From the NCBI RefSeq assembly GCF_009914755.1, contig NC_060932.1: a stretch of DNA of 64,000 bases, one strand, 5' to 3'. Every line of letters begins with the position of its first letter. Within the stretch, counting starts at the first letter, position 1. The notes under the pieces are model-generated. The model was not told the DNA's origin. It saw nothing but the letters and a program-made list of their open reading frames with translations, and ran no database searches. Both the position numbers and the translations under genes were made by a program. Below, piece by piece: positions 29,651 to 44,900 of this stretch. The DNA comes from the human T2T-CHM13v2.0 reference genome, Homo sapiens.

Positions 29651-31565
29651 TCAGGACACCAATGAATACTGATACTGAATGAGCCGTTCTATTTCTATTC
29701 CATCTGAAATAAATGTATTGTCTTATTTTCTGCTGCAATTTTCTCTTGGATCTTCACTGTGCAATGCCATAGTTAGCCATTGGGACATTCAGCTGCTTTT
29801 CAAAAATCATAGGCAATAAAATTATTCCAATGATTGAGAATGGCGTTATAATTACTTAAATTCAATTTTTTCTTTGAATAATCTCTTAAAGGGGCAGTAA
29901 CATAATCCTCTGTAAGAACAAGGTAGTAGGTATGAGATGAAGACGTACTGAGGACTTAGTCTCTGTTACGCAAGTGAAAGGTCATAGTCACTATTATAAT
30001 ATTTAGTATCTAATAAAACTGTTTATCTTATGCTTTATTTATTAGCCACATCATAAGGTCCAAGCATTAAAGTCAACTAAAAATTATGTCTTTCAAACAA
30101 GGTACACTGCCAGCATCTCCAGCCAGAGTATAATAAAATTGTCCAGCATAGATCTGACTGGAACACTCTTTTAGTGTCATATTTACAGCAGCCCATAATC
30201 AAAGCTAATAAAAATAACCATTTAAGGCAGCCAAACAAGAAGCTAGCAATAATGTGAACATTTTTATCACATTAATTTAACAATTAGCATGGTAAAAAAT
30301 GTTCAACACCTAACATATGCCTTTCAGTGCTCTCATTAGAAATAATTTTCATTCCCTCATAAATTCAAACTTTAACTCTGAATACATTTAATTGACTTTA
30401 AAACTGTGATATGTGATTCTCATTTTTATCCTTATAGATTTCTTTCTCTTTAGTGTCCATTGATATTATGAGGCTATGCTTTTTAAAAAAAAATATGTTG
30501 ATTTATTTCACTGCCAAAATAAGTGAGGGATCTTTCAGTTTTCTATTAAATGCTCACCGAAAAATGATACTTTCTTAGAATTCTTGAGATGAGTCATGAT
30601 TTTTTCTGTACTTGGCAAAAGAAAGGCACAAATTTTTAATTACCAGCTCTCTTGAGGTCTATTACATAAACTAAGCCTTCATAATGCAGAACTCATTGTA
30701 CACAGAACAGCCTACAGTGAACAGTTATGTAGAGGCAGGAATTGTATGGAAGGTGAACTGGAATATGTGCTATAGAAAATTCAAAGGTCAAAGCCCTGTT
30801 CTTTCATTATGCGTGTGCTTAGGGGAAATAATAGTCTCTGTCAGTTCTCTCTGGCATCTGATGTATTCCCTGACAATAAGTCAATCAGTACCAGTATCAG
30901 AAGTCTATTAACTCTCTCAGGCTTCTTAGGAGCTAGTTACTATGTTATTTTTTATGCTGTTAATACTGTGGTATACTACATGCTTAATACGTCTCTTTAA
31001 AAGGCTAGCATACCATTACAAGATGTAATAAACTAGATTTATCATATCACTGTATATATAATTTATCTTATTAATTTACCCTGATTTGCTGAGAAGTCTA
31101 CCTTGGCATTTCAAAATCTTTAACATTACTGCTATGCTTCTGTTTTCGTCCAAGAGACCCCACTTATTTGACAAGGATGGACTTTTGAACATAAACAAAA
31201 AAATCACAAAGCCATGAGTTCCCTTTAGCATTTATCTGACATATTGACCTTAAATATAGATATTAAAGATACACACAAATATACACATCTTATTTTAAAG
31301 TTAAAATTTAGTAGTTTTTTCAAACTGCCATCTGCTGAAGACTAGCAGGTTATCAGAAAGTCTCTTTTTCTGAACAAAGAAAAAATCCTACATTTTTTTC
31401 AATCAAAAATAGTATAATAAATATAAAACTGGTATTTTAGTTTCCATCACCACTACAGCTACCTAAAAAATGATACTTTTAAGAAGTAAACAGGATTAGA
31501 ACCACTTGATTTTTATCCAAAGATAGCATGCCTGTTCTGTGCTTTGCCCATATTTGTTAACCTCT

Positions 31566-31875
31566 TTTTTTTTTTTTTGAGACAGGAGTCTTGCTCTGTC
31601 GCCCAGGCTGGAGTGCAGTGGCACAATCTCAGCTCACTGCATCCTCAGCCTACTAGGCTCAAGCCATCCTCCCAGCCTCCCAAGTAGCTGGAACCACAGG
31701 CACATGCCACCATGCCTGGCCTTTGTGTGTCTGTGTGTGTGTGTGTGTGTGTGTGTTTGGTAGACATGGTGTTTTGCCATGTTGTTCAGGTTGGTCTTGA
31801 ACTCCTGAGCTTAGGTGATCTGCCGGCCTCAGCCTCTCAAAATGGTGGGATTACACGCATGAGCCACTGCACCTC
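31566..31875 (-). mobile_element. AluJ with (TG)n in the middle linker, inserted in a MIR
   Basis: TSD atttgttaacctct on both sides; AluJ-type 'ctcaagccatcctccc'. Confidence 0.9.
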
Positions 31876-31879
31876 TCTA

Positions 31880-32022
31880 AATTTGTTAACCTCTTAGAGC
31901 CACAGTTCTTCAAGTGAAAACAGAATAAATCCATCTATCTCACAGAGTTGCAAAGATCAAATAAGTTGATGTATATAAAACGCTAGCAAAATCCTCATTA
32001 CATAGAAGAATTCAATAAATAG
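31880..32022 (+). mobile_element. MIR 3' half
   Basis: 'tatctcacagagttg..aagatcaaataagttgatgtatataaaacgct...caataaat'. Confidence 0.65.
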
Positions 32023-32129
32023 TCTAACATGTGATATGGATCATATACACTCTGAATGCCTACATATCTGCAAATATCTCTCCAGTCACAACAGGGATGA
32101 TATCTTGCCTGTGTATATCATTTATTAGT

Positions 32130-32830
32130 TTCAGGTCTCTATTCTCACTATTCTGCAGATAATATTTCGATCTTTCGGCTCCTGACATTTCAGATGACAA
32201 CACAGACACCTGTCTAATTTTTCCCATAATAGATAGTATGTTCCTTCTAAGATTATCTGCAGAATGTTATCTTTATTTTTGAAATTCATAAACTTGAGAA
32301 GATGTAGAAATCATGCATGCTATGCCATGGTGATTTTCTCTTCTAATCGGTCTTCCCCAAAACACTTGGTGAACTCTTTGAATCCGAAATAGTGTTTCTT
32401 TCTTCAGCTCAGGAAAATTACATTATTGATTTAATCATTTTTTGCCCTATCAGTCCCTTTTATACTCAGATCTCTCACTTACATATAAGATTTTGTGAAC
32501 CTGTTGTAGTGAGTTTTTCTTGTAATTTTGCCCTGGGCTTAGGGATAACTCTTCATCTTGATCTTCTAAGACATTAATCTGCACCTAAGTAATCATCTTT
32601 GAGTAGATTATATCTCCTGATTTTATATGTTAAATTGGAAGACTCGCTTGCAACTTTTTAAAATAATACTGTGTATCTCAAGTACTCTCATTATGTTATT
32701 AAATTTTCAGAGTCACATTTATTTTTTGAGTCACATTTCATCAAGAATCTCTACTTTTTTGGACATCTCTTCTATTTCTTCTTCTTCTGCCTGGTTTCTG
32801 GGTTCCCATATATGTGTTGTTAGATTATTT
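32130..32830 (-). mobile_element. Ancient L1/HAL1 ORF1-region fragment
   Basis: 'tctttattttgaaattcat', 'gaactctttgaatccgaa', 'ttcttcagctcaggaaaatt' resemble antisense old L1/HAL1. Confidence 0.45.
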
Positions 32831-32910
32831 TTGTAAGCCCCCTGGTTAGTGGAGTAAATCAGTGGTGCACCAAATCAGCAGTCTTAAATGTGAATGAAAA
32901 TAAAGAGGCT

Positions 32911-33330
32911 TGTGTTAATCTGGCCGCTGTGAGAAGCAGATGCCAATAGGATCCCCAACATGTTCGAGAGATGTATCAAAGGAAGTGCCTGTGAGATAAG
33001 ACGGTGTAGGAGTCAGAGGAGGGCAGAGGAAGGCAGTCCCACTGACTCAGCAGGATGCAGATCCGCCCTTGAAGAACACTAGGAAGGAAGGGAGGTTGGA
33101 TGGAAGATTCCTAGACTGTGGTACAGGTATAAGGATGTTTGATAAGGCTGGTGCAAATTGCTCAGCCCAAAATCTCCCATCAGACAAGACCCTGTCTCCC
33201 AGGAAGCAGCCTGCTTTAGCATTTCTGCCACCTCAATATCCAGTCATTGGCTGGGAGCAGCCCATGGGAGCCGGGCTCTACAGGAAACCATGGTGATGAA
33301 TTTTATACTGTGTGCGCTCCAGGCATTGGT
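32911..33330 (-). mobile_element. LTR16-family (LTR16C-like) solo LTR
   Basis: 'tgagaagcagatgccaa', 'ggaaggaagggaggttgg', 'cagtcattggctgggagcagccc'. Confidence 0.75.
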
Positions 33331-33384
33331 CAATTGTGAGTCCCAAAATATAATTTCTGAGAAGTGAATTTCATTACTTCCATA

Positions 33385-33670
33385 TTTTTTTTGGACAGGG
33401 TCCACTCTGTCACTCAGGGTGGACTGCAGTGTGCTATCACCACTCATTGGAGTCTTGACCTCCAGGGCTAAGATGAGCCCTCCACCTCAGTCTCCCAAAT
33501 AGCTGGGACTACAGGCACACACCACCACGCCCGGATCATTTTTGTACTTTTTGTAGACACGGGGTCTCACCTGTTGCCCAGGCTGGACTCAAACTCTTGG
33601 GCTCAAACGATTCTCCCCCTTCCGGCTCCAAGAATGCTTGGATTACAGGCGCAAGCCACCGCGCCTGGCC
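33385..33670 (-). mobile_element. AluJ
   Basis: Diverged dimeric antisense Alu. Confidence 0.85.
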
Positions 33671-33840
33671 CTGCAAATTATTTTGCACCTAAAAATTTTA
33701 TTCCCCATTATACTAGCTGAGCCCATTCTCCCTGGTCTCCTTGAATACTCAGTTGCCTGTTCATCTTCCTCTAGATTTCAGGGGCCAGGGAGACCAATCA
33801 CAGAAGCATGTGTGCATGCCTGTTGAAACAGCTGCAGCTG

Positions 33841-34040
33841 CAGAGCCGCCTCGGACGCACTGACACCCAGCTGACAGCCGCTACTTCCTGTATCCTGTGC
33901 TTGCCCTAGGAGTGGCAGAAATCGAAGTTACCGCTAGTTGAATACAGACGTAGTCATGATGCAGCCATCTTAGAATTTCTATTGCCTCAAGGATGACTTC
34001 GTCTCCGTCTTTTTAAAATACGAAATTTTCGAAGGTGAGG
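33841..34040. promoter_or_regulatory. CpG-retaining promoter-like patch (YY1 and ETS motifs, downstream splice donor)
   Basis: 11 CpG in about 195 bp; YY1 core cagccatctt 33962-33971; ETS acttcctg 33883-33890; GAAG|gtgagg at 34034/34035. Confidence 0.4.
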
Positions 34041-37000
34041 ACTGTGGTTTACTACTTATTTTTTTTTATTGCTTAAAAAATATTTTATTTTAGATACAGT
34101 GAGTAGTTAGACCCACCTTAACTTTTTAATGGCTTTATAAGGGAAATCTGACATAAGTGCCAACATCTGTTGCAATGCCTCTAAATCAATGTTCTTGAGG
34201 GAAAAATTATTTATTAGAATGTAATAGTAACTTAGGCTTACTTTACTGAACTTGTATTCTGGTAGCTTTATTTGATATTTCTGTTTCGGGGTGTTTTTTG
34301 TTGTTGTCGCTGTTCTGTTTGTTTGTTTGTTTGTTTTTTAGTTGACTCAGTGACTACAGCCCATACACCCGGATGATCAATAATTTCATAGTACAGAAAT
34401 TATTGTTCACACATTGCAGAATAGGATTTAAGAGAGTTTCAAAACAATTTATATACAATATTCTTTGAATTGCAAAGAAATAATTTTGTGCCTTCATCAT
34501 AGAAAATACTATTGCTTTTAAAAAGTCTTAATTAATTTTGCTTTCTAAATAAATTTTGCACAAATACCACCACTCTACTAGATAACAATTATTATCCCAG
34601 TCAGCTGTAGGAAAGTTTACTTGTGCAAAAATTAATCACTACAAATTAGAGTTCAGGTATTTCAGAGAAGAACAAAGCCTTGAGTTATGTTTATTTGACA
34701 ATGTGAGTGGAGCAGATTGATAATCCAGGGCAGATTCTCATAATAGTCTAACAAATAAGAACATAGAAAGCCTCAAAATAGCTTAAAGTTCTAGAATTAC
34801 TCTGAAAATATCTTGGTTGTGTTTTGTCTCATTTTTCCACTATGAAAATAGGAATGACCTCAATACTCCTCTATGTTATAAAATGCTCTAAGGAAAAAAA
34901 CCTTTTTCTATGACCTTCGCATGGTCTCAATTCTCCAGTATTCTTCACTACACATCTTGCTAAACCATAGTTCTTCAAACCGACACTGCTAAACCACAAG
35001 AACAATTCCTGTGTCTTTGATATTTAGATCATATGCGGATAGCTGTTCCTGAAACTAGCAGAGCTTTGGTTGACGCCTCTTGCTAAAGCTCTGTGAAGAC
35101 TCCACTTTTCTTTCCTAAGGTAGCACACTCCTTTGCAGGGTTTTTTATGCTGATGGGTGCTTACAGGTGATCTGGTTGCTTTTCTCTAACAGTTTTAGTG
35201 ACATGACTGGGAACATAAATCAACTTTTTGTCCCTCCTCTGCATTCACTTTGGCAAGGGTAGAGTCCCTGTGAGCAGAGAGCTAAGTCATGCTCCTGTCA
35301 TGTTCTCCTCCCCAGATTGAGTACTATATATTTCTTTACTTTTCCTCCTGTCTGCAGAAAATATTTATTTCAATTTGTTTCACTACTCGGCGATCTGACC
35401 AGCATGGTGAAATCATGATTAGTTCTGAGATTTTGAAGGTCTGAATATCTATGTTTTTATTGCCCCCAACATTTGAATATGAGCAATAGCAAGTGTATCA
35501 AACAGCCTCCAGATAGTTGTCAGAATTCTTACATGTATAATTGTTACTGTATCAATAGCATCAGACATTTGAAGTTCTGGCAGAATTTATTTTAATTTCA
35601 AAGTTATTTTGTAAAACTGGATTTACATGCTGTCATAAGAAGTAACATGAAGAAATTCAGTTCACTTTTTATTCATTTTTTTCCTAAAGGTAATGTCTTG
35701 TAAAACTATAGTACAATATAGAAACTATGATATCTATGTTGGTAAAATCAGTTTATTGTATTCATACTTCTCCAGTTTTACTTGTATTCATTTGTGTGTG
35801 TATTTAGCTCTATATGATTTTATTACCTGTGTACATTTGTTTATCCACCAAAGAGTGAAGGCACAGAACAGTTTCATTGCAAGGATTCCCTTTATAATCA
35901 CATCAGTCTTCTCCAAGCCTTCCCAGTCACTAACTCCTGGCTAACACCGATTTTTTCTCCATTTCTAAAATACTGGCCTTTTAAAAATGTTACACAAATA
36001 GAATTACATAGTATTAACTGTTTTAGATTGGCTTTTTTCATTCAGTGTGTATCCCTGGAGATTCATGAAAGTTTTTCTGTATTCCTTTTTATTACTGAAT
36101 AGTAATCCGTGGTACGGGTGTACCGCAGTTTGTTAATTCACCTGTTGAGAACATTGGACTTTTTTCCACTTTTTGTTTATGGTAGAAAAACAAAAATAAA
36201 AACAAATAAATGTGCTGGTATAAATATTTGTGTCTAGACTTACTGTGAAGATAAGTTTTTATTTATCTGAGATAAAAGCTTTCAGAAAATCATCATCATA
36301 TGATAAATATACATTTAGATTTTAAGAGCCAAATTGCTTTCTAGAGTGGCTGTACCATTTTGTATTTTTATGAGCAATGAGTGATCCACTTTCTCCACAT
36401 CCTTGCCTGCATATAGTAGCAACATAAAATATATATATATATATTGTAATTTTAGCCATTCTTATAGGTGTATTATAATTTCTCATTGTGACTTTAATTT
36501 GCATTTATCTGATAGTTAATATTGATTTCATGTGCTGATTTGCCATCATTAGATAGATAGATATTTTGAAATATCTATGTCTTTTGCTCATTTTCTAATT
36601 GCATTGTTTAGATTTTTACTGTCGACTTTTGAAATTTTTTATATATGCTAGATAGTAAGTTTTTGAATGGACACCCACACTCAGTATGCAAATATTTTCT
36701 CCCATTGTGTGGCTTGCATTTTTATCCTCTTAACAGAGTCTTTTATGGAACAAAATTTTACTTTCCATACAGTCTAATTTAACATTTTTTTCATATAATA
36801 GATTTTTTTTGGTGTTAGGTATAAGAATGCTTGGTTTACACCTAGATTCCAATGATTTTCTCCCAAGTCTTTTCTCTAAAAGGTTTCTAACTTTATATTG
36901 TATATTTAAACATGTGATCCATTTTGAATTAGTTTTTGTACGTGGTGTGAGATGTAAAGGTTTATTTTTCCACCCGGGGATGTACTATGGCTCCAGAAAC

Positions 37001-37611
37001 ATTTGTTAGAAAGGCTTTCTTTTCTTCACTGAATTATTTTTTATACCTTTGTTAAAAATTGGCATATCTTTGTGTCTGTTTCTGGGATTTCTTTTTCATT
37101 CTATTGATCTATTTGTCTATCTCTCTTCCCATACCATAGGGACTTAATTACTATAGCTGAAAAATAATTCTTAAATATGATAGAATGATTCCTACCATAT
37201 TATTCTTTTATTTCTAAATTACTTTAGCTATCTGAGTTCCTTTGCTGTTCCACATAAGTTTCAAAATAAACTTGTTATAACTACAAAAATTTCACTGGAA
37301 TTTGAATTAAATCTTGTGTTTCAAAAGAGGAGAATTGATATTTTTTACTGAGTCTCCCATCCCATGAATGACATGCCTCCCTATTTACTTGTGTTTTCAT
37401 TCACCTATTTCATCAATATTATGTAGATTTCAGCATACAAATCTTGTACAATTTTTGTTATATTTACATCTAATTATTTTATATTTTTAAGTGACTTAAA
37501 ATGCTATTGCAACTTTTATTTTGTTTCCACCTGCTCATTGACAGTATATAGGAGCACAATTGATTTGTATGTTTATCATGTCTCCTGTGACCTTGCTGAA
37601 CTAAGTTACTA

Positions 37612-38746
<1,135 letters not shown>

Positions 38747-40371
38747 ATTTTTTGTTTTCTGGTAGATTCCTGGGGATATTCTACATAAATAACCATCTAA
38801 TTGGCAAATAGAGATAATTTACTTTCTGATGTAAATGTTTTAAATTTTCTTTTCTTGTCTTATTACCTTGGAAAGATCTCCAAATGCCACATTAAATCAG
38901 TGTGGCATACTGGACACCCTTGCTTGTCTCCTTTCTTAGGGAGGAAATCATGCAGGTTTTCACCATTAGTTTAACATTAGCTGGAGTTTATTGTTGGTGC
39001 TCTTTAGCAATTTGAAGAAGTTCCACTCAATTCCTAGTTTTCTGAGTTTTTGTCATGAATATGTGTTTAACTGTGTCCATTTTTTTTCTGTATAAATTCA
39101 TATGATAATGAGATTTTTCTTATTTATCCTGTTAATATGCTGAACCCCAAATAGTCACGGTGTGTAATCATTTTTTTTTCTGTTGCTGAATTGAATTTCC
39201 TAATATTTTGTTCAGCATTTTCCCTCTATATTCATGATAGATATTGATGTGTAGCTTCCTACTTTTGTGCTGTCTGTTTCTAGTTTTTTTTACCAAGTCC
39301 ATGGTAACTTTATAAAATGAATTTGAGGGTGTTATTTCATCCACTCCTTTTTTGTGTAGAACTGAAATTGGTTTTTGTTTTTAACATTTGGAAGAATGCT
39401 TCAGTAAAACCACTGGACCTTTTAATTTTCTTTTTTAAGAGGAGTTTTCTAATTATTAATTCAATTTTGTTAATGGTTACAAAGCTATTTAAATGATCTA
39501 TTTATATTGGCTGACTACTAGTACTGTCTATCTTTCAGGAAGTGGCATATTTCATCTAAATTGACAAATTTATTTATGTAGAGTTGTTCATAGTGTTCCC
39601 TATTACTTTTACACCTGCAGGCTCTATAGCCTGCAGAAAATTTAAACATATCCAGTGTTTCATTCCTGTTGTTGGTAATTTGCACCTTGTCTCTTTTTCA
39701 TTTCAGTCTTGCTAGGGATTTCTCATTTGTATTGTTTTAAGTGGTTTCAGCACAGCCAGTTGTTCAAAAAATTAATAGTCATCCAAAAGATGAAAGTCTC
39801 AAGAAGCCCTTATGTCAGTCATCAACAACTATCTAAGGCTGTAGTCTACATGAGTTGCATAGCTCTGGAGTTCTTAACAAGTACATATGTGACCAAATAA
39901 TGAGACTCAACCTCACTGTTGATCACGGTAAAAGATTCTGAAACTGAAGGAATAAAAAATTTCCAAGGTCATGCTCCCATGAGCTTAGCCCCCAACTGTC
40001 CCTGTCTACTGTTTTTGTGAAACTGAAGTCGCCCAATGCATGGCTGAAAAACTGCAAGACAATCCTTCCATTTCCAAGAACCATTTTTGATGAATTATTT
40101 CCCAAAGTATTTTAGCTGACCATTTTTGCACTATCTACACTCTTTCTTTTTCAAGGTAGAATACCTTTGGGATGAAATAAAAATGTTTTGGAACTAGATA
40201 GATACAGAAGTTGCACAACAATGTACTAAATGCTACTCACTCATTGAATTGTTCCCTTCAAAACAATCAATTTAGTATTCTGTGAATTTCACCTTAATTA
40301 AAAAAATAATGTGAATGAACTCTGTAAACTGAATAAGTTGGTATGCCAAGAAATAAAAGAAGAAAAAAGTC

Positions 40372-40650
40372 AGAACACAGTCGCTCACGACTGTAATCCC
40401 AGCACTTTGGGAGGCTGAGATGGGCGGATCACCTAACCAGCCTTGCCAACATGGCAAAAACCCTAGTAAAAATACAAAAGTTAGCTGGGCATGGTGGCAC
40501 GCACCTGTAATCCCAGCTACTCGAGAGGCTGAGGCAGGAGAATAGCTTGAACCCAGAGGTGGAGGTCACAGTGAGCAGAGATCGCACCATTGCATTCCAG
40601 TCTGGGTGACAGAGGGAGATCCATCTCAAAAACAAAAACAAAAGCAAAAA
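40372..40650 (+). mobile_element. AluS with small internal deletions in the left arm
   Basis: 'gatcacct|aaccagcc' lacks the B-box segment gaggtcaggagttcga. Confidence 0.9.
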
Positions 40651-40659
40651 CAAGATACA

Positions 40660-41920
40660 AGTACAGGCTATGTGTAGGAAACATACTTTAGATTTAAAGA
40701 AACAAATAGATTAATGGTAAAAGGATGAAGAAAAGATATGCAAATAGCAACCATAAGACAATTGGAGTGGCTGTACTAATATCAGACAATATAGGCTGAA
40801 ACAAAAATGTAACTACAGATAAAGAAAAATATGTAAGAGCCACAACTATAAAAATCTTACCAGGAATATAGAAGTAAACCTTTATGACCATACATTTGCC
40901 CACAGATTCTTAGACATGACAGCAAGAAAAGAAAACATATATGGGATACTATCAAAATTGAAAACGATTGTGCTTAAAAGGATACTATCCAAAAAGTGAA
41001 AAGACAACCAACAGAATGGGAGAAAATATTTGCAAATCATATATTTGATAAGGGACATGTGTCCAAAATATTTAAGACAAGCTCTTACAACTCAATAATG
41101 AAAAGATGTTTTAAAATTTAATGAGAAAAGGATTTGAATAGACATTTCTCTAAAGAAGATATACCTATGGCCAATAAGCACATGGAAAGATGCTCAATGT
41201 CATTGGTTAAAGATATGAAAAGCAATATTGCAATGAGGTACCACTTTACACTCAGTAGGAGAGGTGTAATCCTAAAAGTCAGACCATAACAACTGTTGAT
41301 GAGAATGTGGTGAAAATGGAAACCTCATACATTACTGGTGGTTATGTAAAATGGTGCAGTCAAGTCACTTAGAAAAACTATCTGACATTTTCTAAAAATA
41401 GAGTTACCATTTGCCCTAGCAATTTATTTCCTAGGTATACACCCAAGACAAAAAAAAATCTAACAAAGACTTGTGCACAAATGTTCATCACAGCATTTAT
41501 AATATTCCAAAGGAAAAAATAAGCCAAATGTCCATTAACTGATGAATCAACAAGCAAAATGTAGTATATCCATGCAAAGTAATATTTGTTTCCCATAAAA
41601 TAAAGTGTGTGTGGTACCATGTGGATGATTCTTGAAAACATAGTGTTAAATGAAACAAGTCAGTAACAAAAGATCACATACTATCCCATTTATATGAAAT
41701 CAATGCAAAAAATAAATTATTAGCTTTTTAGGGCTGAGGCAAATGGAGCATGAAAGGTAATACCTAGAAGTACAAATTTTCTTTATGAGTTGATCAAAAG
41801 GTTAAAAAATTGATAGGGTGACAATTGAAGACCTCATAAGTGTACTAACACTACTGAATTGTATACTTTGTGTGAATTGTTATAATATGTGAAGTATATT
41901 TCAATAAAACTGTTACCAAA
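40660..41920 (+). mobile_element. L1MB/MC fragments ending in a 3' end
   Basis: 'aagacaaccaacagaatgggagaaaatatttgcaaatcatat' and 'ttcaataaaactgtt'. Confidence 0.8.
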
Positions 41921-41929
41921 AAAATCCAA

Positions 41930-44900
41930 TATTTCTACATGATAAAATTTCTCAAAAACAAGGAATAGATCAGAATTTCCTCAACTTGATAAAGAATATT
42001 TAGAAAAAATAATCTTAGAACTAACATCTTACTATAACATGACACATATACATATTATGCAGAAAACTACCAACTCTGAGAAAAAATTTGAAAATGACCT
42101 AAATAAATTGAAAGGCTCAAAATTAAGATGTCAAATCTTCTTGACAAGTTTTGATTCATAGATTTAATGCAATGCCAATAAAAGTGCTGCCAATCATTTT
42201 TAGATATTGATAGACTGATTCCAAATTTATACAGAGAGGCAAAAAACCTAAAAGAGTCAACACAATACTGAAGACAATCAGAGTTGAAGGACTAATACAA
42301 CCTGAACCACATGCTTAGTGTAAAGCCGCAGTTATCAAAACAGTGTGGTATTAGGTAAAGAAAAGTCACACAGATAAGTTAAAGATAAATGAAAGAGATA
42401 ACCCAAATTAAACCCACACAAATATATTCAGCTCCTTTTAGAAAAATAAAAAAAGGCATGTCCAGAGGATCCCCACAACACACGCACACATATTCACACA
42501 AATGGGCTCAGACACAGAACTTACATCTTTCACAAAAATTAACTCAAAATGAATCATAGACCTGAATGCAAAATATAAAACAAAAAACTTCTAGTAAAGA
42601 AACCACATAAGAGAAAATCTTTGTGACCTTGAGTTTTCTAATGAGTTTTCAGATACAACACTAACAGCATGTACCGTAATTGATAAAAAGAACAAATTTG
42701 ACTTTATTAAAATTAAAAATTTCTGCTCTGCAGGAAAAACACTGTTAAGAGATTGAAATCATAAGCCATAGCCCGAGAGATAATATTTTCAAAACCTCCA
42801 TATGATAATGGACTTCTATCCAAAATATACAAATAATTCTGCAAGAAAGTAACCCAATTAAAAATAGGCAAAGATCTGAAAAACACTTCACCAAAGAAGA
42901 TTGAACATGGAAAATAAGCATATGGAAATATGCTCAACATCCTTTTGTCATTAGGAAAATGCTAATTACAAAAGGAATGAGATTCTACTTCATATATATC
43001 AGAGTGCCTAAAGTAAAACCAAGGAAACAAAAATCCCGACTATACCAATTGCTCATGTGGAGTCATATAAAGGAAAATTCTTATTTTTTTTCTGGTGGGC
43101 ATGCAAACTGCTACAGCTTCTTTGAGAGAAAATTTTGCAGTTTCGTACAAAGATATATGTAGTTTTTCCATACTTGGCAGCAATCATGCTTCTACCTATT
43201 AATCCCAACTTTTTGAAAACTCAAGCCCACACCAAAACCTGCAAAAATATTTTCAAGTAACTTTATTCATAATGGCCCCAAATGGAAGCAACCAAGATGT
43301 CCTTCAATTAGATAAACGGGTTCTTAAAATCCATACAAGTTAACATTATTTAGCATTAAAAGGAAATTGGGTATCAAGCCACAAAAAGACATGAATGAAT
43401 CTTAAATATCTATTGCTAAATGTATGTGCTTATGGGATTTTTGACTGATGAAAAATACATGACCATAACAGGCAGTGGCGGACAAGAAACTTTTATTGGA
43501 TAGTGGTTGTACTTCATGAGAGATGAAGTCCCTCACACTATGATATGTTCCAGAAACTCATGGTGAAGGGGCCACCATTCACAAACGCAGAGGAGCAGAG
43601 AAAATCCTAAGGAAGAGGGGGATCAGAGAGGGCCTAATGTATCCAGGTGAGGTCACTCCACAACGTGGCTGAGAGTCTCTGAACAACAGCAGCAGGTTGG
43701 GCCTTATGACTACAAGCACTGTCTTATCTGTAGGTAACAGCTGTTGGGTGAGATTTCATGGTGTATAAAAAGCAGGCAGGCTGTATATGGCTAAAAATCT
43801 GCTTATTTGGGTTCTTTTAGAAACATTGGATGTACAAAAGTTTGAGTTTGGTAGCCATGGGCTTTGAAAAGGATCTCAACATGCAGTGAAGAAATAACCT
43901 AGGGGCCAATCCACAGAGGCCATCTTTGGCTCATTTACGTAACACTAAGTTAAAGAAGCCATTCCAAAAAAGCTACATACTGTGTGATGTCAATTATATT
44001 TTTAAAGGTAAAATTATAGAGACTATAAATGCCTACTGGTTGCCACAGTTATGGGGAGAGAGAAGGTTGAAGAAGTAAAACACCAGGAAATTTTAGGGCA
44101 GAGAAACTACAGTGTATGGTTTGTTAATGGTGGATATATGACTAAATATTTGTCAAAATCCATAAACTTTAGAGCATAAGGAGTGAACCTTAATGTATGC
44201 AAATGAAAAAATTCATTCAGGAAATCAGTTATCACTAGATGGAATACAGAATGTGACAAAACAATCTATCTCTATTGCAAATGTATAAAATAGCAGCTTT
44301 TCTGAATGAGGTGGTAGAAAAAGTTACTGAGCTAAGTAACTTTGAAAATGAGTGTAGTATAGAAGAGAAGGACAAAAGAATCTGTGCAACTCTAGTTGAT
44401 AAAGTTGTTTCTCATATGAATACGGGTTAACAATACAGTATATACATGTACTATACATGTATGCTGAAATTGAAACTATGTAGGTGGACACTGGATTTTG
44501 TCAGGATGGGAGGTTACAAATAATAAAAAGAGGCTAGAAGACTTATATAGTAATGGCTTCAAATTGAGATATCTTTATTAATTCATGTTGGGCTTAATAT
44601 AGATACCAATAATTAAATTTAGAAATAGCTATAGATACGTGTAAATACGCAGGTTAACATACACAAATTATGTATTTGATATATCACCTGAGAGTTCCTA
44701 GAAAGAACAATACCCCAAGAACAATAGGACACCTTGCATGCAGACCTTGCTTTCTGACACCCCCACCTTCAGCAAAAGGAAGCAAGGTGCTTTAGCAAAA
44801 TGACTGATTCCAGGACTGGAGGGGGAAATAGAGAAGATGAGCCAGGAGTATCTTGTAATTTCAGAAGGTAAGGAAGTGTTTTAAAATTATGGGACTATGC

